Notes: generated by a model from the letters alone, not told the origin. A stretch of DNA of 54,319 bases from an uncultured Bdellovibrionales bacterium (GCA_965368905.1 CBDUOS010000003.1:1-54319), one strand, 5' to 3'; counted from the first letter of the stretch, positions 7,312 through 18,068 are shown. Numbers and translations: made by a program.

Positions 7312-8976
7312 CTACTTCGCTTTCAAGAAAAATCGAATAAACAAAAGAGTCGCCAACCCGTAGAGTGACAAACTAAAAACGGGCAAACCATAGATTTCCT
7401 GAGCACTTTCAAGATCAATCGTCATGGCTCCTGCAATGACTAAGGACGATATGACGATCCCAACAAAAATAAGTCGCCCGGTTTGATAAACCGTCTGCTG
7501 AATCTCTTTAACATTTTTGATTTCAACGGTTTTTGAATAGTCTGGCTGATTAATCTTCCTTAAATGGGTCTTAAGCTCCTTTGGAACGCTTTCAATAAGA
7601 GAACTCCACTCTTTTAATTGAAAAGAAACATCGGAGAACAGCTCTGTGGTCGTCACTTTGCTTTTCAAAAGATCTTTTGCATACTCCTTGATAAAAGGTA
7701 GCATATCAAAGTCCTCTTGAACCATCCGAGCCAAGCCCTCGATCGTAACCATAGACTTGAAAAACATCATCAGTTCAGAGGGCAAAACAACATGATGTTT
7801 GGCAGCCACTTTCGAGGATTCTAGAAGCAACTTACCCATATTCACTTCTTTTAATGTTAAACCAAAGAAAGGAGAAAGAATGGACCGTAAATCTTGTGCC
7901 AAAGCTTGGCGATCGGTCTGGTTGTTGAAAGGTGCCATTTCAATATATTCATAAGCCAAGCGATCGTAATCTTCCGTTAACAATGCCATAAACATGGCTG
8001 CGATTGCGCTCTGGGTTTTTCGCGATAGGCGTCCCACCATGCCAAAATCAATAAACCCCAATCGATTGTCAGAGAGAACAAAGATGTTTCCTGCATGCAG
8101 ATCACCATGAAACAATCCGTCTCTGAATACCATAGAGAAGTAGGCTTTTAGACCCACTTGCATCAAGGCCCCACGATTCAAGCCATCCTGTTCAAAAGCT
8201 TCAGGATGGCTCATAGGTTTGCCTATGAGTTCTTCCATCACCAAAATTTTTGGCCCTGAGAACTCAAGAAACACATTCGGAACCTTCACCTGAGGTGTGT
8301 CTGCAAAGTTTTCTTGAAACCTTTTAATGTTATTGGCCTCAACAACAAAATTGGTTTCTAAAGATATGGAGCGAGTGAACTCGTTCACCATCCCCACTGG
8401 GTTGAAAATTCGAGACTCCGGCAGGTACTGTTCACAAAGGTCTGCGAGGAGTTGTAGAATTCGTGTATCATCTTCAATGGTTTCAGCAATCCCAGGCTTT
8501 TGAATCTTCACAACGACAGGAGTGTCATCATTAAGAACAGCTCGGTGCACTTGTGCAATACTGGCCGAGCCGATGCACTCCTCACTGAACTCCTTGAATA
8601 TCTTTTTATAACCAGCCGGATACTGTTGATTTAGAATCTTTTCAATTTCCACAAAAGGGATCGGAGGAATCTGATCCTGCAATTTACGAAACTCATTCAC
8701 ATAATCTGGCGGAATAACATCCGGTCGCGACGCCAACAACTGCCCCAACTTGATAAATGTCGGACCTAACTCTTCAAAGGAAATACGAACTCTTTGCGCC
8801 GTTGAGAGGTGACTGGTTTCAGTGGATTGTGTCCAAGAATTTATAAACGAGTTAAGCTTTATTTTTTGGGCGACGTCTTGAAACCCGTTTCTTGCGAACA
8901 CGCTGACTATCTTTCTTAGCCTTCCCGCGTTTTTTATCGTCTCGCCGATTTGTTTTGGAGTTTGTAACCAGCTCAT
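7312..8976 (-). CDS. ubiB: ABC1/UbiB-family atypical kinase
   Basis: LGPTFIKLGQ, ASIAQVH, VKIQKP, FHGDLHAGN, IDFGMVG; C-terminal TM helices. Confidence 0.93.
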   Translation of the reverse strand: MSWLQTPKQIGETIKNAGRLRKIVSVFARNGFQDVAQKIKLNSFINSWTQSTETSHLSTAQRVRISFEELGPTFIKLGQLLASRPDVIPPDYVNEFRKLQDQIPPIPFVEIEKILNQQYPAGYKKIFKEFSEECIGSASIAQVHRAVLNDDTPVVVKIQKPGIAETIEDDTRILQLLADLCEQYLPESRIFNPVGMVNEFTRSISLETNFVVEANNIKRFQENFADTPQVKVPNVFLEFSGPKILVMEELIGKPMSHPEAFEQDGLNRGALMQVGLKAYFSMVFRDGLFHGDLHAGNIFVLSDNRLGFIDFGMVGRLSRKTQSAIAAMFMALLTEDYDRLAYEYIEMAPFNNQTDRQALAQDLRSILSPFFGLTLKEVNMGKLLLESSKVAAKHHVVLPSELMMFFKSMVTIEGLARMVQEDFDMLPFIKEYAKDLLKSKVTTTELFSDVSFQLKEWSSLIESVPKELKTHLRKINQPDYSKTVEIKNVKEIQQTVYQTGRLIFVGIVISSLVIAGAMTIDLESAQEIYGLPVFSLSLYGLATLLFIRFFLKAK

Positions 8977-10897
8977 CGCTGCCTTCCTTCGTCAAAAGAA
9001 AATCAATTTTTCCATCTTCAGTATCAACAGCCGAAACCAAAACTCGGACCGCATCACCTAAATGGAACTTCTTTCCCGTTTTCTTGCCGAAGAGAATCAT
9101 ATGCTCCTCGTCAAATTCGAAGTAATCATCTCCCAAATTATCGACTTTGACTAGACCGTCTATGTCGAATTGGCGAAGTAGAACAAAGATTCCAAATTTA
9201 GTTACGCTACTGATGATTCCAGGAAAGATCTCCCCCACTTTGTCCCCTAAAAAACGAGCTTTTTTAATGGAGATCACTTGTCTTTCAGCTTTCACCGCTC
9301 GCTGTTCTGCGGCACTCAAAACAGAGCCAAAAGTGGTGAGGTCTTCTTCGTTATAGAGAAAACCCGTGGGCGAATTAGTGAATAGTTTTTTTAAAATTCT
9401 GTGAATAACTAAATCGGGATATCGACGGATCGGAGAGGTGAAATGAGAGTAGTCAGCAAATCCCAAACCAAAATGTCCAATGTTGTCTGGCGAGTAACAA
9501 GCCTGGTTCATCGAGCGAAGGGTCAAAATGCTCAGAACCACACCCTCGGGCTTGTTCTTAAACTCTTGCAATGATTTCGTCAGCTTTTTCTGTAAGTGTC
9601 CACCGCGCAGCTTCTTGGAACTTCCAAAGCTTTGCAAGTAATGCTGAATCCTATCAATATCCTCACCATCAGGTACTGGGTGAACTCGGTAAAGGGCTGG
9701 CTGCTCTTTCTTTTGAATCATACGCGCCACTGCCACATTGGCTAACAGCATCATCTCTTCGATCAATTTATGGGCGAAAACACGCTCACTTTTTATAACG
9801 TCAACAGTATGCCCAAGGTCGTCAACCACTACTTCGGTTTCTGGCACTTCTAAATCCAAAGAGCCTTCACGAAAACGTTTGGCCATTAATATTTTTGCTA
9901 AATCAGCGGCTCGTAAGATATTTTCCTGAACAGCCGGCTTTTTATGAGTCTCTTGGCCGTCAATAATCTCTTGGGCCTCACCATAGGTGACACGCGCATG
10001 AGAGTGAATCACTGCTTCATAGACTTGAGAGTCTTTGATTTCTCCATCAAAGCCAAGCCCCATTTCGCACACAAAGGCCAAACGATCCACCTCTGGCTTT
10101 AAAGAGCAAATGCCATTGGAAATCTCTTCTGGCAACATGGGTACCACAAAGTTTGGCAAGTAAACCGAAGTCCCTCTTTCGAAAGCCGTATCATCCAAAG
10201 CACTGCCTGGTTTTACATAGTGACTGACATCTGCAATTGCAACCCAAAGACGAAAGCCACTTTCTGTGGACTCCACGTAAATCGCATCATCGAAGTCTTT
10301 CGCGGTGACTCCATCGATGGTAATCAAGGCTTTCTGTCGCAGATCTTTACGACCTTCGCAGTCCTTCTCGGAAACTTCTTGTGGGATCATGCTCACTTCG
10401 TTGCGAACATTCCCCGGAAAATCCATCGGCACATGGTGAAGGTGCAAAACTCGTTTGAGGTCATTGTTTGGATCTTCTTCGTCACCAATAATTTCCACCA
10501 CTCGACCAGTAAAAAAATTCTTCTTGTCTGGGTAATCGACGATCTCTACGGCAACGAGATCACCATCAATAGCCCCGCGAGAACTTTTGTATGGAATTTT
10601 TAAAATGGCACCCCATTTTTGAAAACCATCCATCAATTCAAGGTCACCTTTGGGGCCCTTGCATACTTTGCCAACCACACGTGATATGCCTCGTTCTAAA
10701 ACCTTAACGTCTGTTCCATAATATCGATCTCCACCTTTTTCTTGTCGAGCTTCTGCGCGAACTCGATCATTGGTCATCACACCATTCATTTCTTTTCGAG
10801 AGAGAAAAAGGTCGGGATAGTCGGATTGATCTGGAATTAAGAAGCCAAAGCCATCTGGGTGGCGCTTTACAAGGCCAGTGACATGTTCTATTTTCAT
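8852..10897 (-). CDS. rnr: Ribonuclease R
   Basis: HPDGFGF, TIDGVTAKDFDDA, HFTSPIRRYPDL, S1 domain, basic tail; start placed at MKIEH. Confidence 0.95.
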   Translation of the reverse strand: MKIEHVTGLVKRHPDGFGFLIPDQSDYPDLFLSRKEMNGVMTNDRVRAEARQEKGGDRYYGTDVKVLERGISRVVGKVCKGPKGDLELMDGFQKWGAILKIPYKSSRGAIDGDLVAVEIVDYPDKKNFFTGRVVEIIGDEEDPNNDLKRVLHLHHVPMDFPGNVRNEVSMIPQEVSEKDCEGRKDLRQKALITIDGVTAKDFDDAIYVESTESGFRLWVAIADVSHYVKPGSALDDTAFERGTSVYLPNFVVPMLPEEISNGICSLKPEVDRLAFVCEMGLGFDGEIKDSQVYEAVIHSHARVTYGEAQEIIDGQETHKKPAVQENILRAADLAKILMAKRFREGSLDLEVPETEVVVDDLGHTVDVIKSERVFAHKLIEEMMLLANVAVARMIQKKEQPALYRVHPVPDGEDIDRIQHYLQSFGSSKKLRGGHLQKKLTKSLQEFKNKPEGVVLSILTLRSMNQACYSPDNIGHFGLGFADYSHFTSPIRRYPDLVIHRILKKLFTNSPTGFLYNEEDLTTFGSVLSAAEQRAVKAERQVISIKKARFLGDKVGEIFPGIISSVTKFGIFVLLRQFDIDGLVKVDNLGDDYFEFDEEHMILFGKKTGKKFHLGDAVRVLVSAVDTEDGKIDFLLTKEGSDELVTNSKTNRRDDKKRGKAKKDSQRVRKKRVSRRRPKNKA

Positions 10898-10946
10898 AAG
10901 AATTGAGACTAGCACATTCATACAAGGGATGCTAGGAAGTTCACCA

Positions 10947-11630
10947 ATGAACAAAGTGTACTCCCTTCGCCCCCTTGGCTTTATTCAAACCCCATTCCAA
11001 CAAAAATTTGGGACTCCAAGGCAAAATGGATTGGTCACTCGTTCTAGAGGATTCCTCACTTTGGACCCGGAGCTTTGCCCACCGGGTTGTCTCGATGATT
11101 TAGAGGGCTTCAGTCACATCTGGCTTATTTTTGGATTTCATAAAAATCGCCCTGCCAATACCAATGGAAAGGTTCATCCGCCTCGCCTCAACGGCAACAA
11201 GGTTGGTCTGTTTGCCAGCCGCACCCCACACCGCCCCAATCCTGTTGGCATGAGCTTGGTGAAACTAGAGAACGTCGACACCGAGAGGCTCGAATTGCAG
11301 GTGAGCGGTTTGGATTTGGTCGATGGCACCCCGGTTTTTGACATCAAACCCTATATCCAGGCCTATGATGCCGTTGGCGATAATAAAGAAGGGTGGGTGC
11401 ACGAAACCGACGACCCCCAACTTCAGGTCTTTTGGGAGTCTTCGCAACAGGGCCTTACGGAAGAGCAAATCCAATTGATTGAAGAGGTCTTACAAAGAGA
11501 TCTTCGAAATCGAGATGATAAAGACAAAGACCTTCCCGGACCTTTCAAAACATTGATACAAAATTTTGATCTGTGGTTCTACTATCGCGAAAAGCAGGTT
11601 GTTGTTCAAGACATTCGGTTCAAGCGTTGA
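10947..11630 (+). CDS. tsaA: tRNA (t6A37)-N6-methyltransferase TrmO/TsaA
   Basis: KFGTPRQ, FSHIWLIFGFH, GLFASRTPHRPNPVGMS, DGTPVFDIKPY; start uncertain. Confidence 0.93.
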   Translation: MNKVYSLRPLGFIQTPFQQKFGTPRQNGLVTRSRGFLTLDPELCPPGCLDDLEGFSHIWLIFGFHKNRPANTNGKVHPPRLNGNKVGLFASRTPHRPNPVGMSLVKLENVDTERLELQVSGLDLVDGTPVFDIKPYIQAYDAVGDNKEGWVHETDDPQLQVFWESSQQGLTEEQIQLIEEVLQRDLRNRDDKDKDLPGPFKTLIQNFDLWFYYREKQVVVQDIRFKR

Positions 11631-12571
11631 GCCAGAATCAAATCGGCCATCACATTCCAAGTCATGGCCTCTACAATCGGAAGCGCTCGCAACGCCACAC
11701 ATGGATCATGGCGTCCTCGCTTTGCGATATCCAAAATGCTCGAGGTTGGTTTAAAAGCCAAACGGAAACTCAGATTTTCTCCGGTGGTGATTCCACCACG
11801 AACACCGCCGTATTTTCTTGATTGGTGTTCTTGGTGAACCTCAGTTCCCACTTTACCCGCCAGTGAAAATCCATCACCTAACTCAACACCACAGCAAGCA
11901 TTGATACCCATGAAGGCATGAGACAACTCACTTTTCGTTTTCTGGAAAACCGGTTCACCCACGAAAGCCGGTGGATTGGCGACGTGCAATCCAACAATAG
12001 CACCATAACTCTCCCCTTCCGCTTTGGCCTTCTCAAGTTTTTTTAACAAGAGGGGATCATTGGGGTTGGAAAAAGTTTCACCCCCGACTTCGATCAAGGT
12101 GGCATTCACTTCCATATTATTTTGAGTTTCACGACAAAACATCTCGGCTACCGAGCCTGCAATCACCCAGTTCAAAGTTTCTCTTGCCGAAGCACGGCCG
12201 CCACCACGGTGGTCTCGATGGCCAAATTTTTTCTCCCAAACATCGTCGGCATGACCAACACGAGGAGAGTTTTTAATCGCATTATAGTCAGTGCTCTTCT
12301 GACCAATGTTCTTTACAACAATGGCAATCGGTGTACCAAGAGTTTGACCCGCAAAAACACCACTTAAAATTTCTGGTTCATCTGATTCCACTCGACCCGT
12401 GGTCCCAGCTTGTCCGGGTCGCCGAGTCGCCAACCGTTGCATAAGAATATCTTTATTGAATTCAAGACCAGCGGGACAACCATCAATAACCACTCCCATG
12501 GCTGGGCCATGGCTTTCACCAAAAGTAGTCCAACGAAAAAGACGACCAAAACTATTCGACCCGGCACTCAT
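11606..12571 (-). CDS. aroC: Chorismate synthase
   Basis: TFGESHG, GGGRASARET, FKPTSS, GRHDPC. Confidence 0.97.
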   Translation of the reverse strand: MSAGSNSFGRLFRWTTFGESHGPAMGVVIDGCPAGLEFNKDILMQRLATRRPGQAGTTGRVESDEPEILSGVFAGQTLGTPIAIVVKNIGQKSTDYNAIKNSPRVGHADDVWEKKFGHRDHRGGGRASARETLNWVIAGSVAEMFCRETQNNMEVNATLIEVGGETFSNPNDPLLLKKLEKAKAEGESYGAIVGLHVANPPAFVGEPVFQKTKSELSHAFMGINACCGVELGDGFSLAGKVGTEVHQEHQSRKYGGVRGGITTGENLSFRLAFKPTSSILDIAKRGRHDPCVALRALPIVEAMTWNVMADLILAQRLNRMS

Positions 12572-14252
12572 TCCAAAACTCCTGCTGCTTTAAGGCTTGG
12601 GCTTCGAACATAACCACGCCAGAGCGATACTGGCAACCATAGTTCCATGCGCACTCAATGCCTGGAGAGTCTGAGCTGTAGTTGAGGTCAAAAACAGACT
12701 GGATCGGCCAATTTTTGGGGGGAAACACCCCTTTTTCTTTGAATGCTTGGGGCCCCACTGCCCAAATCAAGTGGGTGGGTGAATCGATAGGTTCGCCCGC
12801 TTTTAACTCTCCGGTTCGTGAGGAATAGAAAGAGGCTCTAGGTAGAATTTTGACAATGGAAGAGAGTGTTCCACCTCCACCCCAAACTGCCACTTTGTCA
12901 TTTTCAAAGCCCTGAATCAAAGCTTGAACCCCAAAGACATCGGTATTGGTCCCCACCCATTGTTGTTGCGTAAAACACAAGGTGTTCAATGCGTGCGATT
13001 TTTGCACCCAATCAGCCGCCCGATTTTTCAATGGAGCTGTCACTGCCACCCAACGCAACCCCAACTCCTGCAAAAATGGCAAGGCCACGTTCCATTCGGA
13101 CTCTGCCAAATCAATTGCGAAAACAGGAGCTTGCTTCTTGAAAAAATATTCTTGTTGAAACGTGGGTGTCCAACTGTGGGAAACCGGATGCCCAAGAACT
13201 GCTGCAAAATACGTGGCCTCTCTTGGGGCATTGAGAATTTCTAATACAGAAGGTTGATCCGGTGCCGAGCCTTCGTGCAAGCGTAGAAATTTTACGGGTG
13301 TGTTTCGAGCCACCCAACTTCGGTACCAACTCCAACGACCTTCCTCTGACATCGGTAAAAAAGCTCTTCGCTCGGGAGCCTCTTGTGCCCACTGGTGACC
13401 CAATTTTAATTCTGCAAAATTTTCTATTGGGATAGCTAACTTAAGAATTTGCTTAGTTTCAGGTAACCCCTCGAGCACTTCATTTAATGGCCGAGACTTT
13501 TCGTGAAAAGACAAAATCGATGATTGCAGATTGGGCCCCCACTCCAAAGGCCAATCCACCGTCTCACAATTATTTGGTGGGTCTATGCCACGTACCTTTA
13601 GACTAACTAAATCGCGCTGCAAATTGGCCGCGTCGGACTTCGTCCAATCATTGCGGTACTCAAAACCTTTGAGTCCCAACTGCAAGAGAAGAGACTTTTC
13701 CAGTTCCGTGGTGTTGCTGGTCAAACTGTAATAGTACCCATTCAAATCATCGCTGCATTTTCCTTCTATTAAAGCTGCGAACAAAACTTTTTCGCCCTCT
13801 TGAAAATGCCGGGGCCCCTCGCGCAGCTGCAGGGTCAGATCTGCTCTTTTTTTATAGCGACTTTCTCGTTCCAAATATCTTGTCACACTCATTGTCGGTT
13901 CAGCGTCCAAATTTGGGCGATCTGGATACATTGAATGAGGACTGTGACTGCGCCGCTTGAGCCAGACACAATGTATGTGTTGTGGGATTTCCCCTAAAAA
14001 ACCTGCTCCTATATCAATGACAAAGGGTCGCCCCTCCAGGCGACTCACCAGTTCTTTGAAAACGGTGATCTCTATTTGGCGAAATTTTTCTTCGCCATCA
14101 CTTGTGAAAATCTCTTTTATGGTGCGACCTTGGTTTTTTACTATTTCAGCGTCCAAACTGACGCAGACGACTTTGGGGAAGTGACGAGACAATTCATCCA
14201 GAGTTGAACTTTTCCCAACGCCCCGATGACCAATCAATGCCAATGGCTTCAT
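12552..14252 (-). CDS. Trifunctional fusion: shikimate kinase / type I 3-dehydroquinase / shikimate dehydrogenase
   Basis: GHRGVGKS + GEEKFRQIE (AroK); EYRND, SFH, KLA, SAPDQ (AroD type I); GHPVSHSWTP, VTAPLK, NTD, GGGG, DLNY (AroE). Confidence 0.85.
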   Translation of the reverse strand: MKPLALIGHRGVGKSSTLDELSRHFPKVVCVSLDAEIVKNQGRTIKEIFTSDGEEKFRQIEITVFKELVSRLEGRPFVIDIGAGFLGEIPQHIHCVWLKRRSHSPHSMYPDRPNLDAEPTMSVTRYLERESRYKKRADLTLQLREGPRHFQEGEKVLFAALIEGKCSDDLNGYYYSLTSNTTELEKSLLLQLGLKGFEYRNDWTKSDAANLQRDLVSLKVRGIDPPNNCETVDWPLEWGPNLQSSILSFHEKSRPLNEVLEGLPETKQILKLAIPIENFAELKLGHQWAQEAPERRAFLPMSEEGRWSWYRSWVARNTPVKFLRLHEGSAPDQPSVLEILNAPREATYFAAVLGHPVSHSWTPTFQQEYFFKKQAPVFAIDLAESEWNVALPFLQELGLRWVAVTAPLKNRAADWVQKSHALNTLCFTQQQWVGTNTDVFGVQALIQGFENDKVAVWGGGGTLSSIVKILPRASFYSSRTGELKAGEPIDSPTHLIWAVGPQAFKEKGVFPPKNWPIQSVFDLNYSSDSPGIECAWNYGCQYRSGVVMFEAQALKQQEFWNECRVE

Positions 14253-15409
14253 AGAATCTCCCAAAACTTTGCAAAGCTTTTTTGCACCACTTCAGGGTCA
14301 ATCACTTCAATATCCGCTCCGTACTGCATCGCGACTGCCGCCGCCATTGCCATGCGATGATCTTGATCCGGATCAAAAACAATGGATCCTCTAAGCTGCA
14401 GATTGGGCTCTCCTACGATCTCAAATCTTTTTCCATCCCAGCTCCCTTGTCCCCCTAAACTTCGAATCAACTCTAGACATTTTTCGATCCGATTCGATTC
14501 TTTAAAGGGCAAACTTTCCAAGCCAACCAACTCGGACGTTCCCCGAGCTTTCATCAACAACACCGAAAGGACCGGGAAAAGGTCAGGTGAGTTGCGTAAA
14601 TCCCAATCGACGGAATTCATCACAGACTGTTCTACAACCAATGCATTTTCTGTTATCTGAATCTTTGCGCCCATAGCTTCAAGCAATTCGACAAATACAA
14701 AGTCGGGTTGCAAAGACTGACTTGGAAAATTCTGAATCACAGCGGAACCTCCAGCCACTGCCAAGGCTGCCACAGTGAAAGCGGAACTCATATCGGGCTC
14801 CGGCGAGTACGATTGAATTTTTAAGGTCTGCCCAGGAGGCACGGTCACCTGCCCACCTTGTCTCTCCCATTGCATTCCAAAGCTTTGCAACAATGAGAGC
14901 GTCATTGCCAAATAAGATTCACTCCCCTTGCCAATATCGGTTTCTATATTGAGGGCCGCAGGCAAATCCCAAGCCGACAAAAGCAGTCCACTAAGAAATT
15001 GGCTTGAAGTTGAAAGACTCACCTGCAGTTTTTTGGGGAGATCCCAGCCATTGGAGACGAGAGAAACACCTTCGGGGCCAGGGTTCACCTTGCAGCCCAA
15101 GTCACGCAAGGCTTGATACAAATCCTGTTGCGGGCGTTCCAGCAAACGTTCGGTAGCCTTTACAAAATACTCTCCGGGTTCCCGTGACAAACGCGCCAGT
15201 AAAAAGCGAAGAGTTGTTCCTCCTTCGCCACAATCAAACTTTTTCACTCCGGCTTTTAAATCAGCGACTGCCTTTTGCAAGAGCAGAACATCTCGCGCCT
15301 CAGAGTCACCGTTAAGAATAAGTTTTGGAAAAAAAGATTGAGCGATCAATGCGCGATTCCACAAGGACTTGGAGCCAGAGATCGAATCATTAAAAGAAAA
15401 CATCTTCAC
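14249..15409 (-). CDS. aroA: EPSP synthase
   Basis: GSKS, GEGGTTLRF, SSQFLSG, KESNR, DHRMAMA; start uncertain (15403/15409/15418). Confidence 0.95.
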   Translation of the reverse strand: MKMFSFNDSISGSKSLWNRALIAQSFFPKLILNGDSEARDVLLLQKAVADLKAGVKKFDCGEGGTTLRFLLARLSREPGEYFVKATERLLERPQQDLYQALRDLGCKVNPGPEGVSLVSNGWDLPKKLQVSLSTSSQFLSGLLLSAWDLPAALNIETDIGKGSESYLAMTLSLLQSFGMQWERQGGQVTVPPGQTLKIQSYSPEPDMSSAFTVAALAVAGGSAVIQNFPSQSLQPDFVFVELLEAMGAKIQITENALVVEQSVMNSVDWDLRNSPDLFPVLSVLLMKARGTSELVGLESLPFKESNRIEKCLELIRSLGGQGSWDGKRFEIVGEPNLQLRGSIVFDPDQDHRMAMAAAVAMQYGADIEVIDPEVVQKSFAKFWEIL

Positions 15410-16464
15410 CTGATCCAATTCTGCCTTTGTGCCTCTTCAAGCAATTCATCTAAAGAAACTTTGCTTAAATGAGGCTTCCCAATATTTTTCAGAAAGACAA
15501 AAAGGATCTGCAAATCTTCATCAATTTTTTTATCGGCCTGAAGCCATCTGATCATGTTTTTAACAGACGGCTTTTTGTACCACTTAAACTGATGCGCTGG
15601 ACCTCGATCAAACTTATTTGAAATTGTGGAAACAATTTGATCGTGCAGAGGTGTTGAAATGTACTCACGCTGTCGACTCCACTCTAAGGCAAAAAACATC
15701 CCCTGTAGTACCGCATCACCATGAGGCCACTGAAATTGGGCCTCCAAAGCATGCCCAAAGGTGTGTCCAAAGTTTAAAACCTGACGGACCTCTTTGGTTT
15801 CGTAGGGGTCTTGTAAAATCACCGAGTACTTGTCTTCAATACACATTGGTAAAAAACGCCAAATGAACTCATCGGCCGTTCTTTTTTCCATCATCAATTC
15901 TTTAAAAAATTTGGAGTCTCCAACCAATCCCATTTTAATCAGCTCACCATAAGACTGATCCCGTAACTCAGAAGGAGTGGCGTTTAATAAATCTCGCACA
16001 ATAAAAACACTATTGGCTGGATAAAAAGTTCCAATCTGATTTTTTGTTCCCTCGTAGTTCAGACCATTTTTACCACCATGGGCCGAGTCCATTGCCGCCA
16101 ACCAAGTGCTTGGGATATGGGAAAGCTTAACTCCCCGCTTTACAATAGAGGCGATAAATCCGCCAAAGTCTCCTAAGCTCCCCCCTCCCAAAACGACCAG
16201 GCTTTGAGATCGACTGATCGGTTGAGGCCAAGCTTGTAAAACAAGTTCAAGGTTTTTCGGAAAACTTTTAAAATCTTTTAAAGATTCTCCGGCTTTCATA
16301 GAAATTCGGTTAGGAAAACTTTCAACAAAAGACATCAACTTCGCACTAGGGTTCGTTTTGATAGCTTCATCAAAAAGCAAAAGACTGTTTTTGCGATCAA
16401 TACGATCTTCAGGAAAGTTTTGTGAAACCACCACCTGACTGCGAAACAAATCCAATCGATTCAC
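15406..16464 (-). CDS. aroB: 3-dehydroquinate synthase
   Basis: GGGSLGDFGGF, DSAHGGKNG, LNFGHTFGHALE, HG; GTG start with SD AAGGAG. Confidence 0.95.
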   Translation of the reverse strand: MNRLDLFRSQVVVSQNFPEDRIDRKNSLLLFDEAIKTNPSAKLMSFVESFPNRISMKAGESLKDFKSFPKNLELVLQAWPQPISRSQSLVVLGGGSLGDFGGFIASIVKRGVKLSHIPSTWLAAMDSAHGGKNGLNYEGTKNQIGTFYPANSVFIVRDLLNATPSELRDQSYGELIKMGLVGDSKFFKELMMEKRTADEFIWRFLPMCIEDKYSVILQDPYETKEVRQVLNFGHTFGHALEAQFQWPHGDAVLQGMFFALEWSRQREYISTPLHDQIVSTISNKFDRGPAHQFKWYKKPSVKNMIRWLQADKKIDEDLQILFVFLKNIGKPHLSKVSLDELLEEAQRQNWIR

Positions 16465-16472
16465 GGGTCTCC

Positions 16473-17168
16473 TTAGGCTTCCATCTCTGGCAACTCCCAA
16501 TCAATCGGAGCTTGGTTGTTCTTTATTAAAAAATCATTGGCTTTAGAGAAATGTTGGCAACCAAAAAAGCCCCGGTGGGCTGACAAAGGAGATGGATGCG
16601 GTCCTTTTAATACCAAATGTTTGCTGGTATCAATAAAGGCCCCTTTCTTTTGCGCATAACTTCCCCATAAAATAAACACCATTGGCTTGTCTCGACTGTT
16701 CAAAGCTTCAATCACTCGATCTGTAAAAGACTCCCAACCTTTGTTTCTGTGAGACGCCGCTTGACCTTTTTCAACAGTCAATACCGAGTTTATTAACAAA
16801 ACACCTTGTTCGGCCCATGATTGTAAAAAACCATGCTTGGGAACCGACACACCCAGATCTTGTTTCAACTCTTTGAAAATATTCATTAGGGAAGGGGGCG
16901 CTTTCACACCTGGCTTTACCGAGAAGCAAAGACCATGCGCTTGTCCTGGACCATGATAAGGATCTTGCCCCACAATGACCACTTTGACATCGTCAAAGGG
17001 AGTCGAGTTAAAAGCCGAAAAATAATCCGTCTTCGATGGGTAGATGGTTTTGCCTTGGGCGTATTCTTTACTCAGAAACTGACGAAGGTTCTGCATATAA
17101 TCTTTATCGAACTCGCCAGAAAGCTGCTGCTTCCACGACTCGTCAATTTGTACGGTGGATGGGTTCAT
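16473..17168 (-). CDS. ung: Uracil-DNA glycosylase (family 1)
   Basis: GQDPYH, PPSL, HPSPLS. Confidence 0.98.
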   Translation of the reverse strand: MNPSTVQIDESWKQQLSGEFDKDYMQNLRQFLSKEYAQGKTIYPSKTDYFSAFNSTPFDDVKVVIVGQDPYHGPGQAHGLCFSVKPGVKAPPSLMNIFKELKQDLGVSVPKHGFLQSWAEQGVLLINSVLTVEKGQAASHRNKGWESFTDRVIEALNSRDKPMVFILWGSYAQKKGAFIDTSKHLVLKGPHPSPLSAHRGFFGCQHFSKANDFLIKNNQAPIDWELPEMEA

Positions 17169-17346
17169 TTGGGCCTCGCCTATCGACTCACTAACCTAAA
17201 AAGCCTTCCCCTCCTGGTCAATGCTCAATGGTCTATATAAGCAAGGGTGCCTATCTTCCGACCAAACACAAGCCCTTAAAATCACTTAATAAATTGACAC
17301 ATTGACAGATCCTCATTCAGACTCACATTGTATGAAAGAGGTAATA

Positions 17347-17688
17347 ATGATCAAAATCGACGCTTTAGACGCCCATATTGATGAAAAAGACGTATCTGCA
17401 TTCATTCAACAGCAAATGGTAGATTTGACTCCTCATTTGTCAGAAGAAGCGGCTTTGCAGATCCGCTTGGTGAAAAAGAAGAAAGGTTTTGAAGTGGAGC
17501 TCACTGCTTTTGAAGAAGCTGGAGAAGTGCAAACTATTGGATTTCACACCGACCTATACGATGCAATTCGTAACGCTAAAGAGGGGCTCCTCGAGTATTT
17601 CGTGGAAGTGGAAGAATCTTTAGACCCCAAGGCTCGGGATGAAAAAATCAACCTTCTTTCTCGCCAGGGAAGCTTGTACTTGCACTGA
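17347..17688 (+). CDS. Small acidic protein, possibly HPF/RaiA (S30EA)-like
   Basis: DLYDAIRNA helix resembles HPF DLYAAI; SD GAGGT. Confidence 0.45.
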   Translation: MIKIDALDAHIDEKDVSAFIQQQMVDLTPHLSEEAALQIRLVKKKKGFEVELTAFEEAGEVQTIGFHTDLYDAIRNAKEGLLEYFVEVEESLDPKARDEKINLLSRQGSLYLH

Positions 17689-17726
17689 TTTTCGTTGAAA
17701 ATAGGAAATCATAAGAGACTTGGAAA

Positions 17727-18068
17727 ATGGCAAAAAAAGATGAAAGCACCTACTATTTGATTCATTACCGTGATCCTCGCGATGGGGAGCACGCTTCAAT
17801 CAAAGCCAAAAAAATCAAAGACTCATCCTTAGGCCTAAGCTTTATTGCTATTTCGGAATTTGTTTTTGAAGAAAGTACGGTCTTGGTAAACCCCGATGAA
17901 GAAGCGAAAAAACTGGCCTTTGAAAATGTAAAAACCTTTCATCTTTCAATTTATTCTATTTTATCCATCTCAGAACTCGGAGAACACAAAAAAGGCTTGC
18001 AGTTCAAACAGGACAAATCCAATTTACTTGTCCTTTCATCTGATCCGGCGGGAACTCCAAAAAATTGA
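17727..18068 (+). CDS. DUF1820-like protein
   Basis: SSLGLSFIAISEFVFEE, VNPDEEAKK, FENVK pattern recalled for DUF1820. Confidence 0.65.
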   Translation: MAKKDESTYYLIHYRDPRDGEHASIKAKKIKDSSLGLSFIAISEFVFEESTVLVNPDEEAKKLAFENVKTFHLSIYSILSISELGEHKKGLQFKQDKSNLLVLSSDPAGTPKN

